Shown here piece by piece: positions 1-10,490 of a stretch of DNA of 64,000 bases (positions within the stretch are counted from its first letter, which is position 1; the number at the start of each line of letters is the position of its first letter). Under the pieces are notes generated by a model. That model was given only the letters and a program-made list of their open reading frames with translations. It searched no databases and was not told the DNA's origin. The stretch spans positions 83,640-147,639 of the IMG/VR virus record IMGVR_UViG_3300025713_000650; one strand, written 5' to 3'. The DNA comes from a virus (Duplodnaviria; Caudoviricetes). The position numbers and the translations under genes were made by a program.

Positions 1-92
1 AAAGTAAGACCATCCACAATATCATATTCAAATAAATCAGTATAACCCATAAAATTTTGCATTATAACTTTTTTGAATTTAATTTTTTTCAA
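1..92 (-). CDS. SbcC/Rad50/gp46-like ATPase, N-terminal part (runs off window)
   Basis: TTG start just after the SbcD-like gene; translates MKKIKFKKVIMQNFMGYTDLFEYDIVDGLT, a typical SMC/SbcC N-terminus preceding Walker A. Confidence 0.7.
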   Translation of the reverse strand, partial: MKKIKFKKVIMQNFMGYTDLFEYDIVDGLT

Positions 93-94
93 AT

Positions 95-1108
95 CTATTC
101 TCCTCTTACTAACTCCATTCCTATAGTTTTAATATATTCAAAATCTTCTTTTTGAACATTTTTAATTTCCAAATATTTAGTTAATTTGCTTTCAATATCC
201 ATTGAAGAATTAATTCCACGATTTGTTATATCTTTTTCAGATCTATCAACTATAGGTACATCTAAATCTTCTGTTAAATTAATATCATCTTTTTTAATAA
301 CTTTAATATAATCACCAGATTCTTTTATTTTCTGAATTTCTTTGCTAATATCTTTATAATTATCTTTATTTAACTCTAATTTAATATATTTTTTATAACC
401 TTCAAATAAAATACTTTCAACATCTAAAGTTTCTGTATCTAAAATTAAAAATCTTTTTTCTTCTCCAGATTCACCCCAATTTAATTGAATAGGTGAACCT
501 GTATAATAAAATTTTATATTATCATTTATTATTTCTTGTGGTTTATGATAATGACCTAAAATAACAACTTTATATTTATTGGTTAAATCTCTTAGAGAAA
601 TATCAGCTATAATTGATGTTCCGTTATTTAATATACCTTCATTTAAGCCAAAATGTGAAATTAAAATATTTGCAGAATTTTCTTTAATTGAATTTATCAT
701 ATTTGAATTATATGGGGCATAAAAAATACTATTTTTCTCATCATAATAAGGTGATGAAAAATATGTTAGATTTGGATGATATGATAATGCTAATAATGAG
801 GATTCTCCATCTTCAGTTTTTGAGGAAAGATCATGATTTCCCGTTACTAATTTAACACAGACTTTATCTTTATAATCATTTAAAATCTTAATAAACATAT
901 TTTGAGAAACTGTATAAATTAAACCTTTATTATGAAATAAATCACCTGCAATAATTATCTTATTTATTTCATGAGAAATACAATAATCAAACATATATCT
1001 CAATGAATTATTTAGACTTGATAGTCTTTCTCTTAAACCACTTTCTTTATCAATTGGATCTTGATTAAAATTTGATAAATGTATATCCGCGGTTATCGCT
1101 ATTTTCAA
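95..1108 (-). CDS. SbcD/Mre11/gp47-like metallophosphoesterase nuclease
   Basis: Motifs ADIH, GDLFH, GNHD, SHF, GHYH, YTGS. Confidence 0.9.
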   Translation of the reverse strand: MKIAITADIHLSNFNQDPIDKESGLRERLSSLNNSLRYMFDYCISHEINKIIIAGDLFHNKGLIYTVSQNMFIKILNDYKDKVCVKLVTGNHDLSSKTEDGESSLLALSYHPNLTYFSSPYYDEKNSIFYAPYNSNMINSIKENSANILISHFGLNEGILNNGTSIIADISLRDLTNKYKVVILGHYHKPQEIINDNIKFYYTGSPIQLNWGESGEEKRFLILDTETLDVESILFEGYKKYIKLELNKDNYKDISKEIQKIKESGDYIKVIKKDDINLTEDLDVPIVDRSEKDITNRGINSSMDIESKLTKYLEIKNVQKEDFEYIKTIGMELVRGE

Positions 1109-1118
1109 ATTATTCTCC

Positions 1119-2513
1119 TTAAATAATTTTTCTCATCGCTTCTTCATATGTTAAAATATGTTTTTCTAAATTATCATCAATATATAAAAAATTAATATTC
1201 CATTTTTTATTTTTATAATAATCTAAACGAGAAAACAATGTTCTTGATATATGCCTAACATCAATATCTACCATATCAACAACAATAGGGATCGCTTTAC
1301 CTTCCTTGATCCTTAAAATTCTTCCAGTCATTTGCTCTATATTTGAAATAGGACTTGTTAATATCAAACAATCTTTAGATGCCGCATCTACACCATCTCT
1401 TATTTTTCCAGGTGTGGCAAATGTTACTTGTTTTTCCAAGGCTTCGTTTCCTGTATTTGAAATAAACTTAGACTTATCATCTGATAGAATAGAATCATAT
1501 AACTGGTTTATAAAATTTATTCTTTCAGAAACAAAAATTATCTTGCGGTCATCTTTAATAAATTTTTCAAGAAGGTTTTTAGATAATATTTCTAAAGGTT
1601 TAGATTTTCTTAACATATTAAGATATCTTGCTCTCTGAAAACTACCACCCCAAAATAAATATCTTTTTCGATCTTTAAGAATTTTAAAACTAAACATTAT
1701 AACTGTAACATTTGCTTTCATCACAGATGCTTCTTCATTTGGAACAAAAATATCTCCTAAATGATAATTTATAATATCAGATGTTCCATCATTTCTATAT
1801 GGTGTTGCACTCAACCCATATGTTTCTTTACAAGGAATATGTATTGAACATAAAGAAAATGTTGGAGCACCAACTGTTGTATGAATTTCATCTGCAATCA
1901 AAACTCCAAAATCAGATTCATTAATTAATTTTAATAGTCTTATTCTATCCTTATTCAAAAGGGATACAAAAGTTTGATTGGTTGTTACCACTATATCACT
2001 TTTAAAATTATCTTCAACTGTAGACGATTTCAGGCGACTTATTGATGATTTTTGAATATCTGTAAATTGTAAAAATCTTTCAATCCATTGTTCGACTAAA
2101 GAATCTCTATGAACAAGAATAAGAGTTTTCTTTTTCTTATCACATATTGCTTTAATTGACATTACAGTTTTACCACTACCTGGAGGGGCTTGAATAATTC
2201 CTTTATTATTTGAATTAATAAAATCAACAACTGATTTTTGTAAATTATCTCTTAATTCAATCTTCGTTGAAATATTTATATCTTTACCCGGTGGTAGTTT
2301 ATCAGTTATTTTTAAATCACAATAATCTTCTAAGGGAAAATATCTAGGAATTAATAAATAATTATCATCTTCAATATAAAATTTAAGTTCGACAACTGGA
2401 GAATTTTGATATGATTTTGTAAGTCTAGTAAGATTATTTTTTATGTTATCATAAAATTTTTCATTCTCATATTTTCTAGGAATAAAGATACCAGTATTTC
2501 TATAAATCATCAA
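1119..2513 (-). CDS. SF2 DNA helicase (UvsW/XPB-like)
   Basis: Walker A APPGSGKT, DEIH, SATP, QMTGRILR. Confidence 0.85.
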   Translation of the reverse strand: MMIYRNTGIFIPRKYENEKFYDNIKNNLTRLTKSYQNSPVVELKFYIEDDNYLLIPRYFPLEDYCDLKITDKLPPGKDINISTKIELRDNLQKSVVDFINSNNKGIIQAPPGSGKTVMSIKAICDKKKKTLILVHRDSLVEQWIERFLQFTDIQKSSISRLKSSTVEDNFKSDIVVTTNQTFVSLLNKDRIRLLKLINESDFGVLIADEIHTTVGAPTFSLCSIHIPCKETYGLSATPYRNDGTSDIINYHLGDIFVPNEEASVMKANVTVIMFSFKILKDRKRYLFWGGSFQRARYLNMLRKSKPLEILSKNLLEKFIKDDRKIIFVSERINFINQLYDSILSDDKSKFISNTGNEALEKQVTFATPGKIRDGVDAASKDCLILTSPISNIEQMTGRILRIKEGKAIPIVVDMVDIDVRHISRTLFSRLDYYKNKKWNINFLYIDDNLEKHILTYEEAMRKII

Positions 2514-2872
2514 TAAATACTTACCCTTTCAAAATATGAATCTGATGTTTCCCATAATCTCAATCTATATATATTCAAACCTTTTTCTTCTAATTTATCC
2601 CAAATCCAATTACCTATATTTTCAGCTGTAGGTAAATCAAACATATCATTTAAAAAATTATGATCTAATTTTTCAATTATTTCTTCATTCACAATTTTCT
2701 TTAAATCACTAAAATCCATTATCATTCCCGTATATCCATTAATAACACCTCTAACAGTAATTTCTAATTTACCTGTATGACCATGAAGGTTAATACATTT
2801 TCCTGGATGATTTGGAATATAATGACCATATTCAAATTCAAATCTTTTGGTTATCGTATCAATATAGTTCAT
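2510..2872 (-). CDS. queD: 6-carboxy-5,6,7,8-tetrahydropterin synthase QueD
   Basis: C-x-x-LHGHT, MDFSDLK, LDHNFLN, PTAENI, WETS motifs. Confidence 0.9.
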   Translation of the reverse strand: MNYIDTITKRFEFEYGHYIPNHPGKCINLHGHTGKLEITVRGVINGYTGMIMDFSDLKKIVNEEIIEKLDHNFLNDMFDLPTAENIGNWIWDKLEEKGLNIYRLRLWETSDSYFERVSIY

Positions 2873-2940
2873 GTTTTCTCCTTTCTTTACTTAATTTAAT
2901 TTTCTAATAATTGACTCGATATCATTTTTATCCCTTTCTA

Positions 2941-4242
2941 TTAATTTTGATATTGTAAATTAACATATTCATCAATATTTTTCAGGTTATTTTTAAATTC
3001 ATTTATTTTATCTTTTAATTTTTGATTATCTAATTTTACAGATAATAATTTATTGATTTTATGTTTATTAAATAGCGAGTTTATAATATCTTTCTCAATC
3101 TTTAAATTTTTACTTATTTTTTCAATAATTTCAGATGGATCTTTATAATTTGTTTTTAAATAATTTATTAATAATGGTTTTATTTTTTCAATGAGTATAT
3201 TTTCATCAATATGTTTATTTAAAATATTGATTTCATGATTTAATCTAATTTCATTAACATTCTTAAACATTTTATATGTATTTAAAAGTAATTCATCCAC
3301 TGAAATTGTTCTAATATTTCTCATTCTATCTGTAACAATAATATCAAAAGAAATAGAACCAGTTAATGCTTCTTCTAATTTTTTAACAACTCTATTTAAA
3401 ATATCAGCTTTATTCCTTTGTTTAATAACCTCAATAACAATATTAGTTTCTGTTGTTGATAAATCTGTAAAACCAACATCTTGATTTTCTAATTCTTTTG
3501 TAATCTTCTTTAAAATGGATTCAAATTTCTTTATACCTGGCCATGATTTTATAATTACTCTTGAATGAATATTATCAACTTTCATTATTCCTTTAAATTC
3601 AATATTCGCCTTACCTGTTGTTAATAATTTCTTTAAATCTGAATCTTTAGAAATAATTTTACAATCAGATATTGGTTTAATTATAGGTTCTTTTTTAATT
3701 TTTCCCAATAAAAACATTAATCTTTTAGTTAAATCTTCTAAAGTATAACACGGAATAATTGTTCTATATCCAAAACCTATTCCCTGTATATAATTATTCC
3801 CTAATAAACATAAAGGAAACATTGTTGGAAGATGAATAGGTTCTTTTTCTTGTAATTCATTTATTTCCCATAAAACAAAATCAAGATATTTAAATGCCAT
3901 ATCTTTTATATATTTAGATAATTTAACCTCTGTATATCTAGCTGCCGCGGCACCAACATCTTCAATACCAACATTAACTCCAAAATTTCCTTGTCCTTCT
4001 AAAAATCCTTGGTGAACTAATTGAACAATTGTACCGTATGCTGAAGAGTGAGGATGAAAATTACCAAGACAAATGCCATCAACTTTAACACTTTTTACAA
4101 ATTTATCTCTTGCAATTATATATGCAGATAATAAAATTTTTCTTTCAACTGGCTTTAAACCATCAATATCTAATGGAAAAGCTCTTGAAGAATTTACATA
4201 TTTTCCATATTCTTTATAAAGACTTGGAATATGTTCGTCCAT
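2941..4242 (-). CDS. Type IIA topoisomerase subunit A (GyrA/ParC/gp52-like, no C-terminal pinwheel)
   Basis: DGLKPVERKIL, HPHS, GQGNFG, AAARYTE catalytic Tyr; only 433 aa. Confidence 0.9.
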   Translation of the reverse strand: MDEHIPSLYKEYGKYVNSSRAFPLDIDGLKPVERKILLSAYIIARDKFVKSVKVDGICLGNFHPHSSAYGTIVQLVHQGFLEGQGNFGVNVGIEDVGAAAARYTEVKLSKYIKDMAFKYLDFVLWEINELQEKEPIHLPTMFPLCLLGNNYIQGIGFGYRTIIPCYTLEDLTKRLMFLLGKIKKEPIIKPISDCKIISKDSDLKKLLTTGKANIEFKGIMKVDNIHSRVIIKSWPGIKKFESILKKITKELENQDVGFTDLSTTETNIVIEVIKQRNKADILNRVVKKLEEALTGSISFDIIVTDRMRNIRTISVDELLLNTYKMFKNVNEIRLNHEINILNKHIDENILIEKIKPLLINYLKTNYKDPSEIIEKISKNLKIEKDIINSLFNKHKINKLLSVKLDNQKLKDKINEFKNNLKNIDEYVNLQYQN

Positions 4243-4244
4243 TT

Positions 4245-6029
4245 TTATCCTTTCCCTTTTAATAAATCTCTTTTAGCTTCAACATCTGTAAATATCTTTA
4301 TTAATTCATTTTGATTATTTGTATATTCCAATTTTATTAATCTTCTTGTTTTTTCATCCATAAGACAAATTTTTAATTGTTGTGGTGACATTTCACCCAA
4401 ACCTTTAAAATATGTAATATGCCTATTTTTATCCCTAGATTCTTTTAATTCTTCTTCTGTCCATAATGGTATAAATGTTTTTCCTTCATTTACTGCATAT
4501 AGAGGTCCACTTGCTAGATAAAATTTTCCACTTTTAATAATTTCAGGAAATAAAATTAAATAAACCATTGCTATTAAAGAAGAAATATGGTAGCCATCAT
4601 AATCATTATCAGAACTTGCAATTACTTTACTATATTTTAATTTTGATAAATCAAAATTTGGTCCGATTCCACAACCCATTGCCTGAGTCAATTCTGCAAT
4701 TTCTTTATTTTTTAAAATATCTTTTGCATTCAAAACATTGGGGATTTTACCTCTTAACGGAAAAATAGCATGTATCCTAGGATCTCTACATTGAATTAAT
4801 GTTCCTGCCGCACTGTCACCCTCAACAATATATAATTCTCCATTCACACCAGTACAATCTCTAAGTTTTGTAAATTTTGTTGAAACTCTTTTATTGTGTG
4901 ATGAACTTTTTAATTTTTTAGAATCAAGTTTCTTTCTGTATATATCAAATCCTTCTAATAAAACTTGTAAATCTTCTTTATTATCATTAAAATAAGATGA
5001 AATTTGTTTTGATATATCATCAAATAATTTCTTTAATGCATCTTTTCTATTGATCAATTTATCTTTTGTCTGACCTGAAAGTTCAGGTCTTTCTAATTCT
5101 AAACTTATATATGCTCTTAACCCAACAAGAACATCATTTTGTTGAAATTTATATTCATTTTTATTAGATTTATTTAGAATATCTTTTAAAACATCAAAAA
5201 ATAGATTAATATGTGTCCCACCACTTTCAACTGGTAATAAATTAACTGAAGATAATATTCTTGGTGTCATTATAGATTCAAATGAATAACAAAAAATAAC
5301 TCTTAAAGATTCAATTTTATGTTTTATACCGAAACTTAATATCTTTGTAACATTTTCATCATTAATACATTCTTTTTCAAAAAACTTTATTTTATCTGAA
5401 TTATTAATAATTTCTTTTTTATCATCAATTTGTAAAATAAAATAAGAATTAGATAATTCAACTGACGCAACGGCTAATCTTTTTCTTATTCTATCCATAT
5501 TTACTATTGTTTTTTCAAAATATTTTTTTGAAGGTACAAAAGAAATTGCTGTTGAGAAAGGTTTTTCTTCTTTATTATAATCTTCTATTAATTCATTTTT
5601 AATTTTTGCATTTTCAAATGTAAATTTACCATGTTTTTTATTTTTAAAAATTTCAATTTCATAAAAATTACTTAATGCATTTACTGCTGTTAATCCCACA
5701 CCATGAATACCAACTGATATATTATATGCAGTTTTCATATTCTTAAATTTCCCACCACTAAACATCTTTGTTGAAACGGTAATGGGGACACCGTCTTCAA
5801 TAGGCATTCCTCTACCATTATCACATACCGTATATTTACTATTTTTTGTATCAATATAAATTCCAACAATATTTGCATATCCAGCTAAACATTCATCAAG
5901 AGCATTATCTAATAATTCTTCTAATAAATGTGTCGGTGTTTCTGTTGATCCAATATACATTCCTGGCGCATTTCTAATATGTGATATTTCATCTAATACT
6001 TTTATATCTTTTGATGTGTAATCGCTCAT
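4245..6029 (-). CDS. Type IIA topoisomerase subunit B (GyrB/ParE-like)
   Basis: PGMYIG, ELLDNALDE, DNGRGMP, VEGDSA, PLRGK, DNDYDG, FKGLGEM. Confidence 0.92.
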   Translation of the reverse strand: MSDYTSKDIKVLDEISHIRNAPGMYIGSTETPTHLLEELLDNALDECLAGYANIVGIYIDTKNSKYTVCDNGRGMPIEDGVPITVSTKMFSGGKFKNMKTAYNISVGIHGVGLTAVNALSNFYEIEIFKNKKHGKFTFENAKIKNELIEDYNKEEKPFSTAISFVPSKKYFEKTIVNMDRIRKRLAVASVELSNSYFILQIDDKKEIINNSDKIKFFEKECINDENVTKILSFGIKHKIESLRVIFCYSFESIMTPRILSSVNLLPVESGGTHINLFFDVLKDILNKSNKNEYKFQQNDVLVGLRAYISLELERPELSGQTKDKLINRKDALKKLFDDISKQISSYFNDNKEDLQVLLEGFDIYRKKLDSKKLKSSSHNKRVSTKFTKLRDCTGVNGELYIVEGDSAAGTLIQCRDPRIHAIFPLRGKIPNVLNAKDILKNKEIAELTQAMGCGIGPNFDLSKLKYSKVIASSDNDYDGYHISSLIAMVYLILFPEIIKSGKFYLASGPLYAVNEGKTFIPLWTEEELKESRDKNRHITYFKGLGEMSPQQLKICLMDEKTRRLIKLEYTNNQNELIKIFTDVEAKRDLLKGKG

Positions 6030-6054
6030 TTATTCTCCTTAATTTTTTTAAATT

Positions 6055-7128
6055 TTAATCAGTATTTCTTAGTAAATATTTATTGTTTATTACCTTAAAA
6101 GAAATTCTTTCTTTACTTTCATTCACTGATTTACAAACAATTCCTTCTCTTCTATTGTTAGGATTTAAAGAAGGTCCATCCGCATATTCTAATAACTTAT
6201 CTATTGTATCATATTTTTTAAAAATTCTTTCATTTTTAGATAAAATTGGAACATGTTTAATTTTAACATTATACTTGGATGCTAAACAATTTAACATTTC
6301 TAAATAATCATATCTTTTACTTGGTTCCATATACATTCCTCTGTCAATATCATAAATATTAAAAATATATAATTCATTCTCTGCTAATCTTTCTCTATTT
6401 TTTTGAATTTTACGACCAATGATTTCACCTTGTAATGCAATATTATTTTTAAATTCTGATAATATCTCTTTTAAATATAATTCTTTAGAAATTTTAATGT
6501 AAATATTGTATTCATTATCTTCACTTAAATCATCTAAATATAATTCACTACTACAACATCCAAATTCACCATCTCTATAAAAATATGTTGAACTCGTACC
6601 ATCTAATTTTATTGTCACTTCAAAAAATTCATTTTTATATTTTTCAAAATAATGGGGTAAATTTTGAATTCTTTCTTGATCTGTTTTACTTATAAACCCT
6701 GGAAAATAACCTTTTATTTTTCCACTCATAAAGATAGGAATGGGTTTTACATATTTTTCAACACTTAATAAATCAGTTAAATCATCACCAACATTAAAAT
6801 CATTTTCATTCAAATTTAATTTTGAAAATGATAAAGCTAAACCTTGAGAAATTCTATCTTTAAATTTCATTGTTCTTAATCTGAAACCTTCTTTATCTAA
6901 TTCTTCAATTCTTTTAAACGATGATTTTCTTAGAAATTCAAATTCTGGTCGTATTGGTAGAAATGAATCAATTTCAAAATAAATTACTTTATCCCCTTTT
7001 TTTAACTCACCTTTTCTGACAACACATTGCCAACCATCAACTATAGCTAATTCAATAAAATCAGCATCTTCAATAGGTAAAATATCTTTAATAATTCTCA
7101 CCGAAGCTAATTTTCTTTTTATCTCCAT
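6055..7128 (-). CDS. RNA ligase, DRB0094-type
   Basis: N-terminal RKLASVRII..IEDADFIE, YFEIDS, KTDQERIQN, KLDGTS adenylation motif, QGEIIG, REGIV, SFKVIN. Confidence 0.88.
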   Translation of the reverse strand: MEIKRKLASVRIIKDILPIEDADFIELAIVDGWQCVVRKGELKKGDKVIYFEIDSFLPIRPEFEFLRKSSFKRIEELDKEGFRLRTMKFKDRISQGLALSFSKLNLNENDFNVGDDLTDLLSVEKYVKPIPIFMSGKIKGYFPGFISKTDQERIQNLPHYFEKYKNEFFEVTIKLDGTSSTYFYRDGEFGCCSSELYLDDLSEDNEYNIYIKISKELYLKEILSEFKNNIALQGEIIGRKIQKNRERLAENELYIFNIYDIDRGMYMEPSKRYDYLEMLNCLASKYNVKIKHVPILSKNERIFKKYDTIDKLLEYADGPSLNPNNRREGIVCKSVNESKERISFKVINNKYLLRNTD

Positions 7129-7153
7129 TTTTTACCTCTTTTATTTTTTAAGG

Positions 7154-7188
7154 AAAAAAGAAGACCAAATTAATAGGTCTTCTTTTTT
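7154..7188. terminator. Intrinsic terminator hairpin (potentially bidirectional)
   Basis: AAAAAAGAAGACC-loop-GGTCTTCTTTTTT just downstream of 7195..7560. Confidence 0.7.
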
Positions 7189-7194
7189 TCTCAC

Positions 7195-7560
7195 CTAACA
7201 ATTTTCACTAAATAAACCGTTAATAAAACGAATCGTTATGTCATTTAATTTAGGAATCAACTCAATTGTTGACTCCCTAAATTTAGTTCCAATGGGGGAT
7301 TTCATGAATAGAAGAATTTCTTCCAGATCATCCTGTGAATAATACTGCTGAAATGTTTGAGAAAATAATGCAACATAATCCATTTCGTCTATGCTGCCTA
7401 TTTTTTCTTTTATTAATTCAGTTTCCTCTTTACTAATCTCCCCACTTGTAACTTGCCATTTAATTATAGAATCCAAACTTGAGTGTGTTGACTCCATTAA
7501 TCCAATAACATCTAAAAACTCCAAAAGTGTTTCGTTAAATGTTCTTGATGTTTTTTCCAT
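7195..7560 (-). CDS. DUF2059-like protein
   Basis: YYSQDDLEEILLFMKSPIGTKF resembles the DUF2059 core; preceded by the conserved promoter-like motif. Confidence 0.6.
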   Translation of the reverse strand: MEKTSRTFNETLLEFLDVIGLMESTHSSLDSIIKWQVTSGEISKEETELIKEKIGSIDEMDYVALFSQTFQQYYSQDDLEEILLFMKSPIGTKFRESTIELIPKLNDITIRFINGLFSENC

Positions 7561-7588
7561 AAAAGCTCCCCTTTCATTTTATTTTTAT

Positions 7589-7608
7589 TCACTAATTAAT
7601 ATATATAG
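7589..7608 (-). promoter_or_regulatory. Conserved phage promoter-like motif CTATATATATTAATTAGTGA
   Basis: 19/20 identical to copies at 12133, 52901, 53439; intergenic, upstream of a gene start. Confidence 0.75.
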
Positions 7609-7632
7609 AAAAAAATTAATTCAAAAAAATTA

Positions 7633-7670
7633 AAAAAAATGTAAGAAAATTTAAAATTCTTACATTTTTT
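7633..7670. terminator. AT-rich terminator-like hairpin
   Basis: AAAAAAATGTAAGAA-loop-TTCTTACATTTTTTT downstream of the VWA gene. Confidence 0.55.
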
Positions 7671-7680
7671 AAAAAAATTT

Positions 7681-9087
7681 TTAATAATCAGCTCTTACAA
7701 TATAACCAGTTTTATTTATCAAATGATCTGAATTATTTTTAGGAATGACGTAAACTGTTTTTTTAGGTAATAAATTTCTATCAAATTCATTTAAATTTTC
7801 ACATTCTGCATCCGTAAAAACTAAGGTTATATCTGATCTTAATTCTAGACTTCTTTTTAATCCGGGTGATAAAAATGTTCCACCTCTTCCTTTAATATTG
7901 AATTGAATATCGCTTAATCTTTTTATTGTATATTCTTTCTGGATTTTAACATCTTCTTCAATAACTGTAATCTTACAATATTTATCATTTTCAATAAAAT
8001 TCTTAATACCAGATAATCCTTCTAAAACTCTATCCCTGTTCATACTAGCCGATGTATCAAGAATTATTACAATTGAAAATGATTTACTTGGTTGTCTTCC
8101 AGGAAAAGGAAGAAATAACATAGGTTTATAATAAAAGGCATAACTTCTTTTCTTATTAATTTTTGAATAAGCAAATGTTTCTTTTGCTTTAATGTTACCT
8201 TTTACTATTTTTCTAATAATATAATAATAAGGTATCTTGGGTGGTTTAAGAATATCATCTATTAATTCTTTAACATCTGCAGATAAATTTCCTTTATCTC
8301 TAACCTGTTTATATGCGTTATAAACTATATTATTTATTTTTGTCTCAATAAATCTTGGACTAACTTTCATTTTATTATTAATCCATATATCACCAGCTTT
8401 AGTAATATCTGTTTCTTTTAAATCTATATATTGATGTTCATTATTTTCATTATCTGAATTATTATCTTTTATGTTTTCATTATCTTTATTCTCATTATTA
8501 TCGGATTTTACATTCTCTTCATTCTCAGAATTAATATCGCTATTACAAGAAACATTATCAGAAATTCCATTTTTTCCTCCCTTACCATTTAAATTATCTT
8601 TATCTGAATTATTTTTATTATATAATTCATAAAAATATTCTTCAGAAGATAATTTATCTGGAAGTTTATATAAATCTGCAAATAAAGGATAAAAATGTTT
8701 ATTATTTATTTTTACAACTCTAGGCATTTTACATAAATAATTAGCACAAAAGTCAGAAGCTTTTTGCCAACAATCAATTACTTTTTCTCTTTCATTTTCA
8801 GAATATTCTTCTATTAAGGTTTTCAATCTTAATAGATGTTTATTTAAAATATGATAACCTTCATGTTGAAGAACTTTTTCAATTACTTTAATATCTGTAT
8901 TTTCTAAATCATCTTCATCATAAAGAAGAAAAATTTCTCCATCTTCATCTAAATACACTGCAAATAATCCAGCGGGTATATTTTTTAAAGAAATTTTTCT
9001 TCTATCAATATTTGAAAATAAATATCCCCAATAACTATCTTTTAAAATAAGAGATGCTATTGCCTCATTTATTTTATTATCATGCAT
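7681..9087 (-). CDS. Metallopeptidase (HExxH) plus VWA domain protein, DUF2201-like
   Basis: HEGYH, ASDFCAN, low-complexity N/D linker, MIDAS DTSASM, GRGGT, FTD. Confidence 0.85.
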   Translation of the reverse strand: MHDNKINEAIASLILKDSYWGYLFSNIDRRKISLKNIPAGLFAVYLDEDGEIFLLYDEDDLENTDIKVIEKVLQHEGYHILNKHLLRLKTLIEEYSENEREKVIDCWQKASDFCANYLCKMPRVVKINNKHFYPLFADLYKLPDKLSSEEYFYELYNKNNSDKDNLNGKGGKNGISDNVSCNSDINSENEENVKSDNNENKDNENIKDNNSDNENNEHQYIDLKETDITKAGDIWINNKMKVSPRFIETKINNIVYNAYKQVRDKGNLSADVKELIDDILKPPKIPYYYIIRKIVKGNIKAKETFAYSKINKKRSYAFYYKPMLFLPFPGRQPSKSFSIVIILDTSASMNRDRVLEGLSGIKNFIENDKYCKITVIEEDVKIQKEYTIKRLSDIQFNIKGRGGTFLSPGLKRSLELRSDITLVFTDAECENLNEFDRNLLPKKTVYVIPKNNSDHLINKTGYIVRADY

Positions 9088-9093
9088 TTTTAA

Positions 9094-10296
9094 TCACTCA
9101 TTAAATGTTTTTTTACTTAAATTATGCATTTTTTCAAAGAATTTATTTTTATATTCACTAACATCGTTAATAAATACACTTTGTAAACGAATCAAATATA
9201 AATATATATCTCTATCCTTTGTTGCCATTTGTGCTATAAATGTAAAAAACATTACACCTATATCTGAAGGAATATCACATAAAAATAAGGCAATATTTCT
9301 TTTTTGTTGATCATTTAATTCTGGTTTTTCTTCTAAATGATTCATTATAGATTCAAAAAGTCTATTTAAACTAAGATTATCTAATTTATTTATTATTGAT
9401 TTATTGGATTCAAAATTATTTATGATTTCTTCATAATTTATTTTATTACTAGAATCCTTTACAAAATCAATAAAAATTCTAGACAATGACATATTTAATA
9501 ATCCTGGAAAAATTATATTAAGATTTTTTAAATTACTTTCAATACCACCATTCATTTCATATCCCCATAAAATATCTGAACATTTCTCCCAAGATGCTGG
9601 ATTTGAATATACTCTTCCTTTTCTTTGGGATTCAAAATCATATAAAAATTTGGGGTTATGTTTAATAAAATCAATTACAAACTTATGAAACTTTTGATTT
9701 TCAGCATATTTTAAAAATGTATCAACTGATAAATCACAATAAATATGAACACTTCTTCTTAAACCAGCGGCATCTTCCAATGTATTCATTGAATATTCTT
9801 GATCATCTGGATTATCTAATGTGATAATAAACCAACCTTTTGGAAAATCATGTGTATGTAATCTATGTTCATTTTGAATTTGCCACATTAATTGCTGTAA
9901 ATCATGATCACCTCTACCCATTTCATCAATAACAAATAAACCAAAGGAATTTTCATCTTTTGGAATAAAATCACTAAATAACATACTAAATTGTTTATTT
10001 TCTGGATCTGGAAAAGGACATAACATATCATCTCTTCTTAGGACAGAACTATTTAATTTAACAATATCAAATTTAATATTTAATTCTTTTGATAATTCTT
10101 CAGCTATTTGAAAACATGATTGTGTTTTACCTATTCCGGCGGGACCGATAATGTGAAAATTATTTTTACCTATATATTTTCCATTATTCCAACATTTTAT
10201 TACATTTTTAATATTATTTTTTATAATTGTTTTAAGATGTTCAATATTTGAACTAGCTATATTTAGTTTATCAACATATGCAATTTCTTTACTCAT
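9094..10296 (-). CDS. MoxR-like AAA+ ATPase
   Basis: GPAGIGKT, FVIDEMGR, NPASWEKCS; adjacent to VWA partner. Confidence 0.8.
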   Translation of the reverse strand: MSKEIAYVDKLNIASSNIEHLKTIIKNNIKNVIKCWNNGKYIGKNNFHIIGPAGIGKTQSCFQIAEELSKELNIKFDIVKLNSSVLRRDDMLCPFPDPENKQFSMLFSDFIPKDENSFGLFVIDEMGRGDHDLQQLMWQIQNEHRLHTHDFPKGWFIITLDNPDDQEYSMNTLEDAAGLRRSVHIYCDLSVDTFLKYAENQKFHKFVIDFIKHNPKFLYDFESQRKGRVYSNPASWEKCSDILWGYEMNGGIESNLKNLNIIFPGLLNMSLSRIFIDFVKDSSNKINYEEIINNFESNKSIINKLDNLSLNRLFESIMNHLEEKPELNDQQKRNIALFLCDIPSDIGVMFFTFIAQMATKDRDIYLYLIRLQSVFINDVSEYKNKFFEKMHNLSKKTFNE

Positions 10297-10330
10297 TCAC
10301 TATTCTCCTATTCACACATTTTTCTCGAAA

Positions 10331-10375
10331 AAAATCCGGGTTGGATAAAAATATAATTCATCCAACCCGGATTTT
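10331..10375 (-). terminator. Intrinsic terminator, 16-bp perfect stem
   Basis: AAAATCCGGGTTGGAT/ATCCAACCCGGATTTT inverted repeat ending in a T-run on the minus strand. Confidence 0.75.
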
Positions 10376-10490
10376 AACTTATTTCTTCTTGGTGAACTGT
10401 CTCCCGCTTTGAGAAGCGGGAGCTTCCTAGTCAATATCTCTACTGAGACAAGTTTACCTAGGCTTACAAGGCCGTTCCGGCCTCTTTTAA
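10376..10490 (-). ncRNA. Orphan TnpB-type omegaRNA (IS200/IS605 right end) with 16-nt 3' segment
   Basis: Minus strand AGGCCGGAACGGCCT...GAAGCTCCCGCTTCTCAAAGCGGGAGACAGTTCAC has the same layout as the TnpB right end at 41667-41780 (GGAAC loop hairpin, terminal hairpin, GTTCA end). Confidence 0.7.
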
